This document shows, in pieces, positions 25,516-38,599 of a stretch of DNA of 64,000 nt. The notes beneath the pieces are model-generated. The model was not told the origin of the DNA. It ran no database searches and worked only from the letters and a program-made list of their open reading frames with translations. The first letter of the stretch is position 1. Every line of letters begins with the position of its first letter. Source of the stretch: Scyliorhinus canicula (lineage: Eukaryota); contig NW_024056036.1 in the NCBI RefSeq assembly GCF_902713615.1, forward strand, positions 310,001 through 374,000, written 5' to 3'. The position numbers and the translations under genes are program-made.

Positions 25516-26824
25516 AGGTGATTGGTTAATATAAATGTAGGCATGAAAATAAGCACCATCGTGAAAAAAAACTTTCCAATCGATAGAGCATAACACAAGA
25601 GTAAATTCATAATTGTGAACAAAACAGAGATTTCGTCTAAATTTTGGAAATTGCTGTGCACCGGTGTTCACATGTAGACATGTCTCCCAAGACCAGTTCA
25701 TTCCTGGGATGTTGGTAAAATATTCAACTCAATATTGCCCACATGATACCAGAGCAAATACACATTTAATACTCCTACTTATAGATATTAACAGGAATTA
25801 ACATAATCTCATAATCAACGGTGATTGTACTTGGAGAAACAAGCAAACATGTACAATCATTTGTAATATCGAGAGACAACAGGAACATGGTCCGGTGTAA
25901 TATCAACAGAGACAGGCCCTGGTGTGATGTAAAGAAACAAATTCCTGTGGAATATAATAGAGACGGAATTTAATGTAATCTAATCCTATGCATATTCTAG
26001 CGTATTATTAACTGAGTGTGGCACACACAGTACAGTGTAGTATAGACAGGGACAGGGATTACTTTAATAGAAATAAAGACAGGGTCTCATTTAACATGAG
26101 AATAAACAGATTTGATGTAATACAGTGCATAGTAAATAGAGCAGGAGTAGATCATTCTGCCCTTCGAGCCTGCACCGCTATTCATTCTGATCATGGCTGA
26201 TCATCCACCTAAATAACCTGTTCCCACTTTCCCCCATAGCATTTGGTCGCTCCAGAGTTTTGATCCCCAAGAGCTTTATCTAACTCCTTCTTGAAAACAT
26301 ACAATACTTTGGAGTCAACTTCGCTCTGTGGTAGAGAATTCCACAGGTTCACAATATTACCCCTCATCTCAGTTTTAAATGGTTTACCCCGTATCCTTAG
26401 ATTGTGACCCCTGGTTCTACCTTCCCCACCATCGGACACATCCTTTCTGCATCCGCCCTGTCTCGTCCTGTTACAATTTGATCGGCTTATAATCAGAGGG
26501 TGGATTTAATATTTCATAAATTAGTGTCTTCTGTTTTCTGACCTTCCTGCCAGTGAATCAAGTTTCTTCCTAATTAATCAAACAAGACCCTTCATAATTT
26601 TGACAATTTTTACACGCATCCCATAACCTGCTCTGTTCTGAGGAAAACAATCCGAGCTTCCAACCGATGTGACCGTGCAGCTCATACAGTGTGAAGACCC
26701 AGTTGTATATATTTTTATGCCTTGCTTGTGTTCAGATGCTATTCTTGGAATTACTGACATTTTATATGGAGCCAGTGGAATTCCCATTCACCAATACCAT
26801 CGTGTTAGAACAAGTTGTAAGACG

Positions 26825-27050
26825 GGGGAAGCACGGTGGGGCAGTTGTTAGCACTGCTGCCTCACGGCGCCGAGGTCCTAGGTTCGATCCCGGCTTTGGG
26901 TCCCTGGGCGTGTGGAGTTTGCACATTCTCCCCGTGTTTGCGTGGGTTTCGCCCCCACAACCCAAAGATGTGCAGCGTAGGTGGATTGGCCACGCTAAAA
27001 AGCCAATTAATCGGGAAAAAATAATTGGGTACTCTAAATTTATAAAAGAA
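26825..27050 (+). mobile_element. tRNA-derived SINE (short subfamily), copy-A specific
   Basis: A/B boxes and A-rich tail; absent at the paralogous site ~32450. Confidence 0.88.
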
Positions 27051-29315
27051 TAAGTCACAAGACTAATAAAAGACTAGCCTCTGAAAATTAAATTGACCCA
27101 TGTAAGGCTGCACCCAGAACTTTAGATACACTGAGCAATATCTCAGAATGTAATGTCAAAATGCAAATCATGATAGGTCAATAGTCTTGTTTCGTGAGAA
27201 TCAATATCACCTCTCACGACAGCCTGTAATCAAATGCAGGAGTATTTTATGTTTCAGTTGTTCCATCTTTTATATGTGATTATATTACAGCCTTAGGGCT
27301 GCTTCGCAATATTGTTGCTGGACTGGTAATCTGGAGGCCTGAACTATTACTCCAGAGGCAGGAGTACACATTCCACCAGGGCATATTGCAATGATGTGAG
27401 CAGTTTTGGTCTCCTTACCTAAGGGTAGATATTTTGGAGGCAGTCCAGAGAAGGTGCATGGGTCGAATGGCCAACTTCTGCTCCTACATCTTATGGTTTT
27501 ATAATTGAATGAATTAATAAATCAGCAATAAAAATCGTCGTGTCATTCATAATACTCATGAAGCTCTTGAAATTTCCCAAAGCTCAGCAGGTTCACCAAT
27601 GTCCTTCAAGAAAATAAATCTTCCCGCCTTCCCCTGTCTGGCCATATGTAACTAGTTCAGCAATGATGTGGTTGACGCTTAACTACCTCTGATATTACCG
27701 AGCAAGCCAGTCAGTCGAAGAGAATCTGCTACATAAGTCAAATGTAATTCAACTGTGCAAAGTGAACCTTATCTAAAAGGTGGTTCTCATCCGGCTTCAC
27801 AGGATGGACAGTTAATGCTGACTGTGTCAGTGAGGGTCATAGGCCGGGAATGAATGTTAAAAATAGTGCAAAGTGCTGCAGAATCCGGAAATATAAAACA
27901 AAAACAAAATAAAAAAGGCTGCTCAGCAGGTCAGTGAGCATCAGCAGAGAGAGAAACAGATTCACATTTCTAGTGGATTGCCTCATTGACATAATTCTAA
28001 AGAGTAGAGCTGATTTTCCCAGTATCCTCGACCAATGTCCGTTCTTGAACATAAATCACAGATTGGTTGGTCACTGATCACATTTCAGGTTGTGGGATCT
28101 TGCTGTGCACAAATTCCCTGCTATGTTTCCAACATTACAGCAGTGACTAAATTCAGCAAAAATATATCAGTGAGTTTTCAGGGCATTGGGATGACCTGAG
28201 ATCGGGTAAAGCATTTCACAAAAGCAAACTCTTTCCAAACGTTTACATTTTAAAATGCAAGTTGTAAGATTTTGAAAGATCTGAGATTAATGTGACTATA
28301 GATCACTCCTCTGCCTGATGTTTTAATTTATCTATTTTAAATCGGTTAATATTTCAATCAAATTAGCATTCAGTGGAATAACAGCCTGGTTAAAGATGCT
28401 TTATTAATTGAGACATCAGAACTTTCAGAATTAACACTTAATTCAACTGTATTCTTTAATTCAATTAAGTAACATCTGTTCTAATGGAGGGTTCTATACA
28501 TTTTAATAGACTGTTAATATTCTTAAAATAACCGGCTATTTTGAGTTGAAACTAATCAATAAGTGGCTGTGTTTATCTCGTTTTGCTGACATTGTGCCAG
28601 TGAGGTGTTTAAGGTAAATAAACACAGAAATAGAAGGCCCAGTTCAGACTGCAGACTGACAAAAACAAAACAACTATTTCCCTGCCAACACAGCACAGAA
28701 ATAGAGATGAAGATGTAAATAGATTAACGGATTCAAGCAGTAATTGTTTTTGGACATTTATTTCTTCATCAGTTATATTAGAAAAATGTCATCATGATAT
28801 CTATGTTCAGAATGAGGAAAGTTTCCCTTTAATCTCGAATATTATGACATGCCAAATGTGTTCGTAGAGTTTTCATGTATCTGATATCTGTGTCTTTCTC
28901 CCAATTGGTTCTGTCTCATGCCTCTCCACGATGGGTCATTGTCTGTAATCGACAAATTGAAGTCAACATGTGCCCAATATATTCTCTCAGCCCGATCACA
29001 CCCCATTGGCTTCCAACTAAATGGATCGAATCCAATGAATTGGAATACATAGAGAGAGTTTTCTTCTAAAATGTGGTTAGAGCATTCAATTACCTTGTTG
29101 TGTTTAATCAGAACTGTAGAGAAAATTTTACTCTGTATCTAACCTGAGCTGCACAGAGTGGTGAGGATTTGATTTGGCAGTGCCGAATGATCTTTCCCTA
29201 TATATAACCAGTCTGAGAGACATAGATAGTTTCTTGATTAATAAGGGGATCAGGGGTATGGGGAGAAAACAGGAGATGGGCGATTAGAAACATAACAGTC
29301 ATGATTGAATGAGGA

Positions 29316-29535
29316 GGGGCAGCACGGTGGCGCAGTGGTTAGCATAGCTGCCTCACAGTGCCGAGGTCGATCCTGTCCCTGGGTCACTGCCCGTGTGGAG
29401 TTTGCACATTCACCCCGTGTTTGCATGGGTTTCGCCGCCACAACCCAAAAGATGTGCAGGGTAGGTGGATTGGCCACGCTAAGTTGCCCCTTCATTGGAA
29501 AAAATGAATTGCTGACTCTAAATTTATTTTTAAAA
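29316..29535 (+). mobile_element. tRNA-derived SINE with 15-bp TSD, copy-B specific
   Basis: TSD atgattgaatgagga at 29301-29315 and 29536-29550; empty site at ~24047-24060. Confidence 0.93.
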
Positions 29536-29777
29536 ATGATTGAATGAGGAGCACACTCGATGGGCCTAATGGTCTAGTTCTGCTCATGTTCTTATGGTTT
29601 TATGGTCTGAAGACCATCTGTGGACGATCTTAGAATAGATAGGTGCTTCATTGCCATCGCCGATACGATGGATGGAAGGGCGTCATTCTGTATTGTAAAC
29701 CTCTAAGACTCCATGGCTCTATGACATGGTCTAAAACGATTATCACTCATACAGGGTGGAAATTAACCTAAACTAAT

Positions 29778-30056
29778 CCAAAAACCTTTATTGCCACAAG
29801 TAGGCTTACATTAACACTGCAATTAAGCTACTGTCAAAAGCTACTCGTCGCAGCATTCAGGCGCCTATTCGGGTACACAGAGGGAGAACTCAGAAAGTCA
29901 AAGTTACCTACAGCACGTCATTCGGGGCACGTGGGAGGAAACCATAACACCAGGAGGAAACCCATACAGAACACAGGGAGAACGTGCAGACTCCGTACAG
30001 TGACCCAAGTCAGGAATCAAACCTGGGACCACGGCGCTGTGAAGCAACAGTGCCAC
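29778..30056 (-). mobile_element. tRNA-derived SINE (older subfamily)
   Basis: Degenerate SINE head and core; tail shared with the fragment at ~52615-52720. Confidence 0.7.
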
Positions 30057-30654
30057 TGAGATTGGATCTAGTGCAGTGATTACTGATACAGACTCCACAC
30101 TAACATAAACTGAGACAGGTTCTAGTGCGGAAATTACTGATACAAAGTTTGATTCACCTTAAATGATATAGGACGTCGAGCAGTGACCATTGATTCAGAG
30201 TCTGGAATAGTCTAAATTGAGGTAGGGTCTATTTCGGTTATTCCTGCTGCAGGGTCTGGATTCAAATATGTCTAAAGAGTTATTAGGTCAGATGATTGAA
30301 AGCTTGGTCGACGAGGCAAGTTATATGGGATGATTTTTATTAAGGGAATTGAGGTAAAGAGGAGTGTGGAATGCGTACCAGAGCTCAGGGCCGAGACGCA
30401 TGAAGACATGGCAAAGTGAAACAATTAATTCCGAAGATAGCATTACGTCTTGATTGATTACTGTTGCAAACATTTCGAACAATGTTTTTTCCACACCGAC
30501 ACGAACGGTCAATACGTTTTTGCAGTGATTTCAGTTGCTCTCCTTAACCAGATGAGAGTCTATGATTGTTCAGATATTTATCCTGTGGGTGTCAATCTGG
30601 CGATACTGTGAGACACGGTTCTGTCTAACACTGCCAGTGCATCAGGTTCTGACG

Positions 30655-31447
30655 ATCCACTCTGCCTATGCTCCTCATAATTTTGTAGACCTCTATCAGG
30701 TCGCCGCTCAACCTCCGTCGTTCCAGTCAGAACAAACCAAGTTTATTCAACCTCTCCTCGTAGCTAATGCCCTCCATACCAGGCAACATTCCGGTAAACC
30801 TCTTCTGCACCCTCTCAAACGCCTCCACATCCTTCTGGTAGTGTGGCGACCAGAATTGAACACTATACTCCAAGTGTGGCCTAACTAAGGTTCTATACAG
30901 CTGCAACATGCCTTGCCAATTTTTAAGCACTATTCTCCGACCAATGAAGGCAAGCATGCCGTATGCTTTTTTGACTACCTTCTCCACCTGTATTGCCCCT
31001 TTCAGTGACCTGTGGACGTGTACACCTAGGTCTCTCTGACTGTCAATACTCTTGAGGGTTCTACCATTCATTGTATATTTTCCACCTGTATTAGACCTTT
31101 CATAATGCATGACCTCACATTTGTCTGGATTAAACTCCATCTGCCATCTCACCACCCAAGTCTCCAAACGATCTAAATCCTGCTATGTCCTCTGACAGTC
31201 CTCATCGCTATCTGCAATTCCACCAACCTTTGTGTGTGAGAGATTCATTGGACTCGAAACGTCAGCACTTTTCTCTCCCTACAGATGCTGCCAGACCTGC
31301 TGAAATTTTCCAACATTTTCTCTTTCACCCTACCAACCTTTGTGTCGTCCGTAAACTTACTAATCAGATCAGTTACATTTTCCTCAAAATAATTTATATA
31401 TACTACCAACATCAAAGGTCCCACCACTGGTCCCTGCGGAACACCAC
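30655..31447 (-). mobile_element. CR1-clade LINE RT fragment
   Basis: ORF 30727-31167 WQMEFNPDKCEVMH...LVRPHLEYSVQFWSP; GVPQGPVVGP in ORF 31245-31559; short foreign repeat nested at ~31237-31325. Confidence 0.88.
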
Positions 31448-32891
31448 GAGTCACAACAAGCAAATATATAAAATAATTTATAATATCGAGACAGACAACA
31501 GGAACATGGTCCGGTATAATATTAACAGAGACAGGCCCTGGTGTGATGTAAAGAGACACATTCCAGTGGAATATAAAAGAGGCGGAACTTAATGTAATCT
31601 AATAATGTGCATGGTTTAGTGTAATATTAATTGAGTGTGGCACAAACAGAACAGTGTAGTATAGACAGGGACAGGATTTACTTTAATATAAATAAAGGCA
31701 GAGTCTCATTCAACTTGAGAAGAAACAGATTTGACGTAATACAGTGACATAGAAAATAGAGCAGGAGTAAACCATTCTGTCCCTTCTCCGCTATTCATTC
31801 TGATCATGGTTGGTCATCCACACCAGTAACCTGTTTCCACTTTCCCCCCTGTCATTTGGTCCCTTTATAGCTTTGATCCCCAAGAGCTTTATCTAACGCC
31901 TTCTTGAAAACATAGAATACTTTGGACTCAACTTCGTTCTGTTGTATAGAATTCACAGATTCACAAATCTCAGGGTGAACACATTGCTCCTCATCTCAGT
32001 CCTAAATGGTTTACCCCGTATCCTTAGACTGTGACACCTTGTTCTAGCTTTGCCGGCCATCGGGACCATCCTTTCTGCATCCGCCCTGTCGAGTCCTGTT
32101 GCAATTTGATCGGTTTATAATCAGAGCGGAAAATGAATTAATATCTCATTAATCAGTGTTCTCTATTTCTGACCCTTCTTCCAGTGAATTAAGTTTCTTC
32201 CTAACTAATCAAATAAAACCATTCCGATTTTGACCATTTTCACCAGGCCTCCCCATAACCTGCTGGGTTATAAGGAAAACAATCCCAGCTTCCAACCGCT
32301 CTGACCGTGCAGCTGATGCAGTGAGAAGATCAGGTTGTACATATGTTTCTGCCTTGCTTGCATTTAGATGCTATTTTTGGAGTAACTGATATTTTATACG
32401 GATCCAGTGGAATTCCCATTCACCATTACCATTGTGTCTGAATAAGACCAAGACGAATAAAAGACCAGCCTCTGAAAAATAAATTGACCCAAGTAAGACT
32501 GGACCCAGAGTTTGAACTTTAGATACACTGAGCAATATGACAGAATGTCAAAATACAAACCATGATAGGTTAACAGTCTTGTCTCAGTGGAATCCATATC
32601 ACCTCCCACAACAGATACCTGAGCCCATGATCCAGACCTGTGATCCAATGCAGGAGGAGCATGTTATGTTCAGTTGTTCCATCTTTGAGATGTGATTGTT
32701 TCAGTCTTAGGGGTAGTTTCGCAAGATTATTACAAAACTGGTAACCTGGAGGCCTGAACACTCCAGACACAGGAGTTCAAATTCCACCAGGGCAGATTGC
32801 AATGCTGTGAACGGTTTTAGTCTCCTTATGTAAAGATACACAGTAAGAAGTCTTACAACACCAGGTTAAAGTCCAACAGGTTTGTTTCAAA

Positions 32892-32926
32892 CACGAGCTT
32901 TCGGAGCACGGCTCCTTCTTCAGGTG
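32892..32926 (-). ncRNA. Minimal hammerhead ribozyme motif (left pLTR)
   Basis: Exact reverse complement of 34682-34716. Confidence 0.72.
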
Positions 32927-33071
32927 AATGGAAAGGCTTGTTCCAGAAATGTTTATATAGACACAGTCAGAGATGCCCCGGAATGCGAGCACCTGCAGGC
33001 AATCAAATCATCAAAGATGCAGAGAGAGAGGTAACTCCAGGTTAAAGAGGTGTGAATTGTCCCAAGCCAGT

Positions 33072-34076
33072 TCAGTCGGTAGGCCTCTGCAAGTCCAGGC
33101 TTGTTGGTGGGGGCCGAATGTAATGCGACATGAATCCCAGATCCCGGTTGAGTCCGCATTCATGCGTGCGGAACTTAGCTATAAGTTTTTGCTCAGCAAT
33201 TTTGCGTTGTCGCGTCTCCTGAAGGCCTCCTTGTAGAGTGCTGACCCGGAGATCAGAGGCTGAATGTCCTTGACTGCTGAAGTGTTCCCCAACTGGAAGG
33301 GAACAGTCCTGCCTGTTGATAGTCGCACGATGCCCGTTTATTCGTTGTCGCAGTGTCTGCATGGTCTCGCCAATGTACCACGCTTCGGGACATCCTTTCC
33401 TGCAGCGTATGAGGTAGACTACATTGGTCGAGTCGCACGAGTATGCGCCGCGTACCTGGTGGGTGGTGTTTCCATGTGTAATGGTGGTGTCCATGTCGAT
33501 GATCTGGCATGTCTTGCAGAGATTACCCTGGCAGGGTTTTGTGGTGTTGTGGTTGCTGTTCTGAAGGCTGGGTAATTTGCTGCAAACAATGGTTTGTTTG
33601 AGGTTGCGCGGTTGTTTGAAGGCCAGTAGTGGGGGTGTGGGGATGACCTTGGCAAGATGTCCATCCTCGCTGATGATGTGTTGGAGGCTGCGAAGAAGAT
33701 GTCGTAGTTTCTCCGCCCCAGGAAAGTACTGGACGACGAAGGGTACTCTGTCAGTGGTGTCCCGTGTTTGTCTTCTGAGGAGGTCGGTGCGGTTTTTTGC
33801 TGTGGCGCGGTGGAACTGTCGATCAATGAGTCGAGCGCCATATCCCGTTCGTACGAGGGCATCTTTCAGCATCTGTAGGTGTCTGTTGCGCTCCTCCTTG
33901 TCTGAGCAGATCCTGTGTATACGGAGGGCTTGTCCATAGGGGATGGCTTCTTTAATGTGTTTCGGGTGAAAGCTGGAGAAGTGGAGCATCGTGAGATTAT
34001 CTGTGGGCTTGCGGTAAAGCGAGGTGCTGAGGTGACCGTCCTTGATGGAGACGAGTGTGTCCAAGAATGGAACTGA
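33072..34076 (-). CDS. Penelope-like ORF C-terminal part: RT thumb plus GIY-YIG endonuclease (5'-truncated, no internal stops)
   Basis: FLD..V.I....L.TSLYRKPT, HP..IK.AIPYGQALRI.RICS, CxxxxCxxC linker, VVYLIRC...WYIGET...R..GH, and GLN motif near the end. Confidence 0.9.
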   Translation of the reverse strand, partial: SVPFLDTLVSIKDGHLSTSLYRKPTDNLTMLHFSSFHPKHIKEAIPYGQALRIHRICSDKEERNRHLQMLKDALVRTGYGARLIDRQFHRATAKNRTDLLRRQTRDTTDRVPFVVQYFPGAEKLRHLLRSLQHIISEDGHLAKVIPTPPLLAFKQPRNLKQTIVCSKLPSLQNSNHNTTKPCQGNLCKTCQIIDMDTTITHGNTTHQVRGAYSCDSTNVVYLIRCRKGCPEAWYIGETMQTLRQRINGHRATINRQDCSLPVGEHFSSQGHSASDLRVSTLQGGLQETRQRKIAEQKLIAKFRTHECGLNRDLGFMSHYIRPPPTSLDLQRPTD

Positions 34077-34681
34077 AAAGACATGTCTCTGCAAGACATG
34101 CCAGATCATCGACATGGACACCACCATTACACATGGAAACACCACCCACCAGGTACGCGGCGCATACTCGTGCGACTCGACCAATGTAGTCTACCTCATA
34201 CGCTGCAGGAAAGGATGTCCCGAAGCGTGGTACATTGGCGAGACCATGCAGACACTGCGACAACGAATAAACGGGCATCGTGCGACTATCAACAGGCAGG
34301 ACTGTTCCCTTCCAGTTGGGGAACACTTCAGCAGTCAAGGACATTCAGCCTCTGATCTCCGGGTCAGCATTCTACAAGGAGGCCTTCAGGAGACGCGACA
34401 ACGCAAAATTGCTGAGCAAAAACTTATAGCTAAGTTCCGCACGCATGAATGCGGACTCAACCGGGATCTGGGATTCATGTCGCATTACATTCGGCCCCCA
34501 CCAACAAGCCTGGACTTGCAGAGGCCTACCGACTGAACTGGCTTGGGACAATTCACACCTCTTTAACCTGGAGTTACCTCTCTCTCTGCATCTTTGATGA
34601 TTTGATTGCCTGCAGGTGCTCGCATTCCGGGGCATCTCTGACTGTGTCTATATAAACATTTCTGGAACAAGCCTTTCCATT

Positions 34682-34716
34682 CACCTGAAGAAGGAGCCGT
34701 GCTCCGAAAGCTCGTG
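34682..34716 (+). ncRNA. Minimal hammerhead ribozyme motif (right pLTR)
   Basis: cac-CTGAAGA-a-ggagc-cgt-gctcc-GAAA-gc-TC-gtg: stem I cac/gtg, stem II ggagc/gctcc, palindromic AGCT in place of stem III; predicted cleavage after 34713. Confidence 0.72.
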
Positions 34717-34815
34717 TTTGAAACAAACCTGTTGGACTTTAACCTGGTGTTGTAAGACTTCTTACTGTGCTCACCCCAGTCCAACGCCGGCATCTCCACA
34801 TCATATGTAAAGATA

Positions 34816-35462
34816 GATATTTGGGGGGCAATCCTGAAAAGGCTTTTTAGGTTATTCCCGAGTATGGAGGGATTTTCAAAGGTAGGTAGCATTTCACAGC
34901 ACAGACAGAGGCTCTTCGGCCAATCGGTACTCTGTCAGCAAATAAAGAAGAATCTGGCCTTGAATCACAGACCTTGCGGTAAACAGCCAAACGCGCTGAC
35001 CAATTGCACCACAGAGACTGACATGAGGAGAGCTTAAGTAGGTTAGGACTACACGCATTGGAATTTAGAAGAATGAGAGGCGAAGTTACTGAGATTTATA
35101 GTTTTCAGGGCACTTGACAGTGTAGATGTTAAAGGTTGTTTCGGCTTGTGGGAGGGTCTAGGACCATAGGGCACAATCTCAGTGTAAGGTGCCACTCATT
35201 TCAGACGCGGATGTGGAGGAATTTCTTCTCTCAGAGGGTAGTGATTCTCTAGAATTCTTTGCCATAGAGAGTTGGCCTGGTCAATAAATATGTTCAAGGC
35301 TCAGACAGACAGATTTTTCATCAGTAAGGGAATCAAGGGTTATGGGGATGACGTGGAAATGTGGAGTTGAGGATTTTACCAGATTTGCCACGAACTCATT
35401 GAATGGCAGATCAGATTCCATGGGCCGAATGGCCAATTTCTGCTCCTAGATCTTATGGTTTT
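34816..35462 (+). mobile_element. Decayed CR1 3' region (host of the Penelope insertion)
   Basis: Degenerate RT C-terminus and CR1 tail; the corresponding region in copy A (~27370-27500) is internally deleted. Confidence 0.7.
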
Positions 35463-35677
35463 ATGGCAGCTGTAGACACTTTCAATTGAATGACTTAATC
35501 AATCAGAAAAAAATCGACGTGTCATTTATAATACTTATGAAGCTATCGAACTTTCGCAACGCCCAGCAGGTTCAGCAACGTCCTTCAGGAGAAGAAAGCT
35601 TCCTTCCTTACTCTGTCTGGCCCATATGTGACTCTAGTTCAGCAATGAAGAGGTTGACTGTTAACTGTCTCTGATAA

Positions 35678-35874
35678 GGGCGGCACGGTGGCACAGTGGT
35701 TAGCATTGCTGCCTACGGCGCTGAGGACCCGGGTTCTGAATCCCGGCCATTCTCCCCGTGTCTGCGTGGGTTTCACCCCCACAACCCAAAGATGTGCAGG
35801 TTAGGTGGATTGGCCACGTTAAATTGCCCCTTAATTGGAAAAAATGAATTGGATATTAATTTTAATTTTTAAAA
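35678..35874 (+). mobile_element. tRNA-derived SINE, copy-B specific
   Basis: Degraded TSD aactgtctctgata / aactatctccgata; empty site at ~27680. Confidence 0.85.
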
Positions 35875-37149
35875 AACTATCTCCGATATTGCCGAGCAAG
35901 CAAGTCATGCTGCAGAAAGTCAAATGTCAATAAAATCGCTCGAAGTGCACCTTATTAAACAGGTGGTTCACTTGTCCATCCCGATGGACAGTTAATGCTG
36001 ACTTTGTCACTGATGGCTATGTGGCGGGAATGAATCCAAAGCTGTGCAAAGTGCTGCAGGTTCTGGAAATCTAAAACAAAACCAACAAAAAAGGCTGCTC
36101 AGCTGGTCAGTGAGCATCAGCAGAGAGAGAAACAGATTCACATTTCAGGTGGATTACCTCACTAATATAATTCTAAAGAGCAGAGCTGTTTTTCCCTGTA
36201 TCTTTGACCAATGTCCGTTCTTCATCTAAAATCACAGATTAGCTGGTCACTTATCACATCTCAGTTTGTGGGAGCTTGCTGTGCACAAATTCCCTGCTCT
36301 GTTTCCAACATTAGAGCAGAGACTAAATTCAGCAAAAATATATCAGTGAGTTTTAAGGGCGTTGGGGTGACCTGAGGTCGGGTAAAGCGTTTTACAAAAG
36401 CAAGCTCTTTCCAAATGTTAACATTTTTAAATGCAAGTTGTAATATTTCGCAAGATCTGAGATTGATGTGACTACAGATCAATCCTCTGCCTGATGTTTC
36501 AATTTATTTACTTTAAATCGGTTAATATTTCAGTCAATTTAACATTCAGTGGAAAAGTAGCTGGTTAAAGATGCTTTATTAATTGAGGTATCAGAACTTT
36601 CAGAATGAATACTTAATTTAAAGTATGTTTTATTTCAATTAAGTAACATCTGTTCTATTCATTTAACCAACTGTCAATATTCTTAAAATAAACCGCTATT
36701 TTCAGTTGAAACTAATCAATAAGTGAATGTGTTTATCTCGTTTTGCTGACATGAACATTTCATTGTGACCAGTGAGGTTTTTATGTAAATAAACTCAGAA
36801 ATAGAAGTTCCAGATTAGATTGCGGACTGAGAAAAGCAAAACAAATGTTTCCCCACCAACACAGCACAGAAATAGAGCCAAAATTGCAAATAGATCAACG
36901 GATTCGTTTGTTTTTTGAAAAACGTTTGTTTTTCAACATTTTTTTATTCATCGGTTATATGAGAAAAATGTCATTATGCTACCCATGTTCATAATTAGGA
37001 AAGATTCCCTCCAATCTCTAAATATAAGGACATGCCAAGTGGGTTAGTAGAATTTTCCTGTATCCTATCTCTCTCTCTGCCTTTCTCATAACTGGTTTAT
37101 CGCATGTCTCTCCACGAAGGGTCATTGTCTTTAATCGATATGTGGCCAA

Positions 37150-37295
37150 CACTAATAACAATTTTACTGTGAAAAGCTCCGAGTCGCCACATTCCGGCGC
37201 CTCGTTTAGGTAAGCTGGAACGGGAATATGAACCTGCGCTGCTGGTCTTGTTCTGCATCACTTACCAGCTGTCTAGCCCACTGAGCTAAACCAGG
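37150..37295 (-). mobile_element. Short tRNA-derived SINE fragment
   Basis: - strand begins ggtttagctcagtgggctagacagctgg (A-box-like). Confidence 0.6.
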
Positions 37296-38599
37296 CCTCT
37301 CAGCCCGAACTCACCCCGTTGGCTTCCAACTAAATGGATCGAATCTGATTTACGCTAAAATTAGGTTGAAGCATTCAATGACCTTGGAGTGTTTAATGAG
37401 AACTGTAGAGACAATTTTCCTCTATATCTGATTTGGGATGCACATGGTGGTTGAGGATTTGATGTGGCATGGCCGAAGAATCTTTCCTTGCACTTAATCA
37501 AGCTGCCAGGATATTGGAGCATTTGACTGAACAGTGTAGAGCAAGCTTTACTTGCATGTAACCTGCACTGAACCTGCCTGTGAGTTTTTGACATGACTGT
37601 GCACAGGGAGATTTACTCCGTGTCTGAACTGTGCTGCACCTGACCTGGGTGAGTTTGATGGGGAAATGCAGAGGTTTCTTTACCCAGTAACTAACCCCAC
37701 TGTCAACCTGTCTTGGGGATCTCTGAAGGAAGAGTGCAGAAGAGGTTTTGCGTGGTATCGAACTCTTGGTTTCCAGGCAGTTAATGTGTTTGAGCGAGTT
37801 ATTTAGAGGGAATTTAATTCTATATCTAAACAGTCTGCAGCTGCTCTGAGAATGTTTGATGGGGACAGTGTGAGGGAATTTCTCTTTGTCACCAACCTGT
37901 GATGCACCTGTCCTGCGAGTGTTTGAAGGGACAGTCGTCGCTGGCTCTGTGTTGTACCAGGCCGTGAGTCCGTCTCTGTGTATATTATACTACCTTGTAC
38001 CTGTTTCAGTTTATATTAAATAAGGATCTATTTCTCTTTGTTCATATTAAACTAGGCCACCAATTAGAGGACATGTCTTGATCAATAAGGCGTTCAGGAG
38101 TTATTGGGAGAAGGCAGGAGAATGGAGATTAGGAACATATTGGCCATGATTTAATGGCGGAGCAGTCACGATGGGTCGAATGGCCTAATTCTGCTCCTGT
38201 ATGTTATGGAGTTATGGACCCAGTTTGTCTCTCTTTACATTAACCTAGAACCTGACTCTGTTTCTATTAATTTAAACCTGTCTCTGTATTACATTAGATA
38301 CAGCCTCAGTTCTGCCCTGGACCATATCTCTGTTCATATTACATTGGACCCGACCTCAGAAATTGCTGCGGTCGACCATGCACAATAATTTGGAAAGTAG
38401 CTGAGCTGGAAATGGTGAAGATTTTTAAAAAACTGAGGGAAAAGTGATAGTCTAAAACTCTTCAGCAAGCAATGCTGATCAATGTCCAGATAAACGACAT
38501 AGTCTGTCTTGTCAGCGCCCTAGACGCACCTCCAGACAAGCGCAGATCTCCCTGATCTTCTTGCAGCCACTTCAACTTGTACAACTGAACTTCTATTGC

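Larger units (their letters stand above)
23960..29210 (+). repeat. Tandem segmental duplication, copy A
   Basis: Collinear with 29215-37495: 24120 agaccatct vs 29610; 25860-26800 vs 31480-32450; 27500-29200 vs 35480-37495. Confidence 0.85.
32839..34803. mobile_element. Young 5'-truncated Penelope-like element with inverted pseudo-LTR structure
   Basis: 682-bp inverted arms (32839-33520 and 34088-34769); 12-bp TSD tatgtaaagata at 32827-32838 and 34804-34815; empty site in copy A (~27415). Confidence 0.93.
29215..37495 (+). repeat. Tandem segmental duplication, copy B (expanded by insertions)
   Basis: Collinear with 23960-29210 once its SINE, CR1 and Penelope insertions are removed. Confidence 0.85.

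Noticed and set aside
27161-27168. Perfect octamer ATGCAAAT
   Set aside because: 21 kb from the VH promoter and not conserved in the duplicate copy (atacaaac at ~32553); expected by chance.
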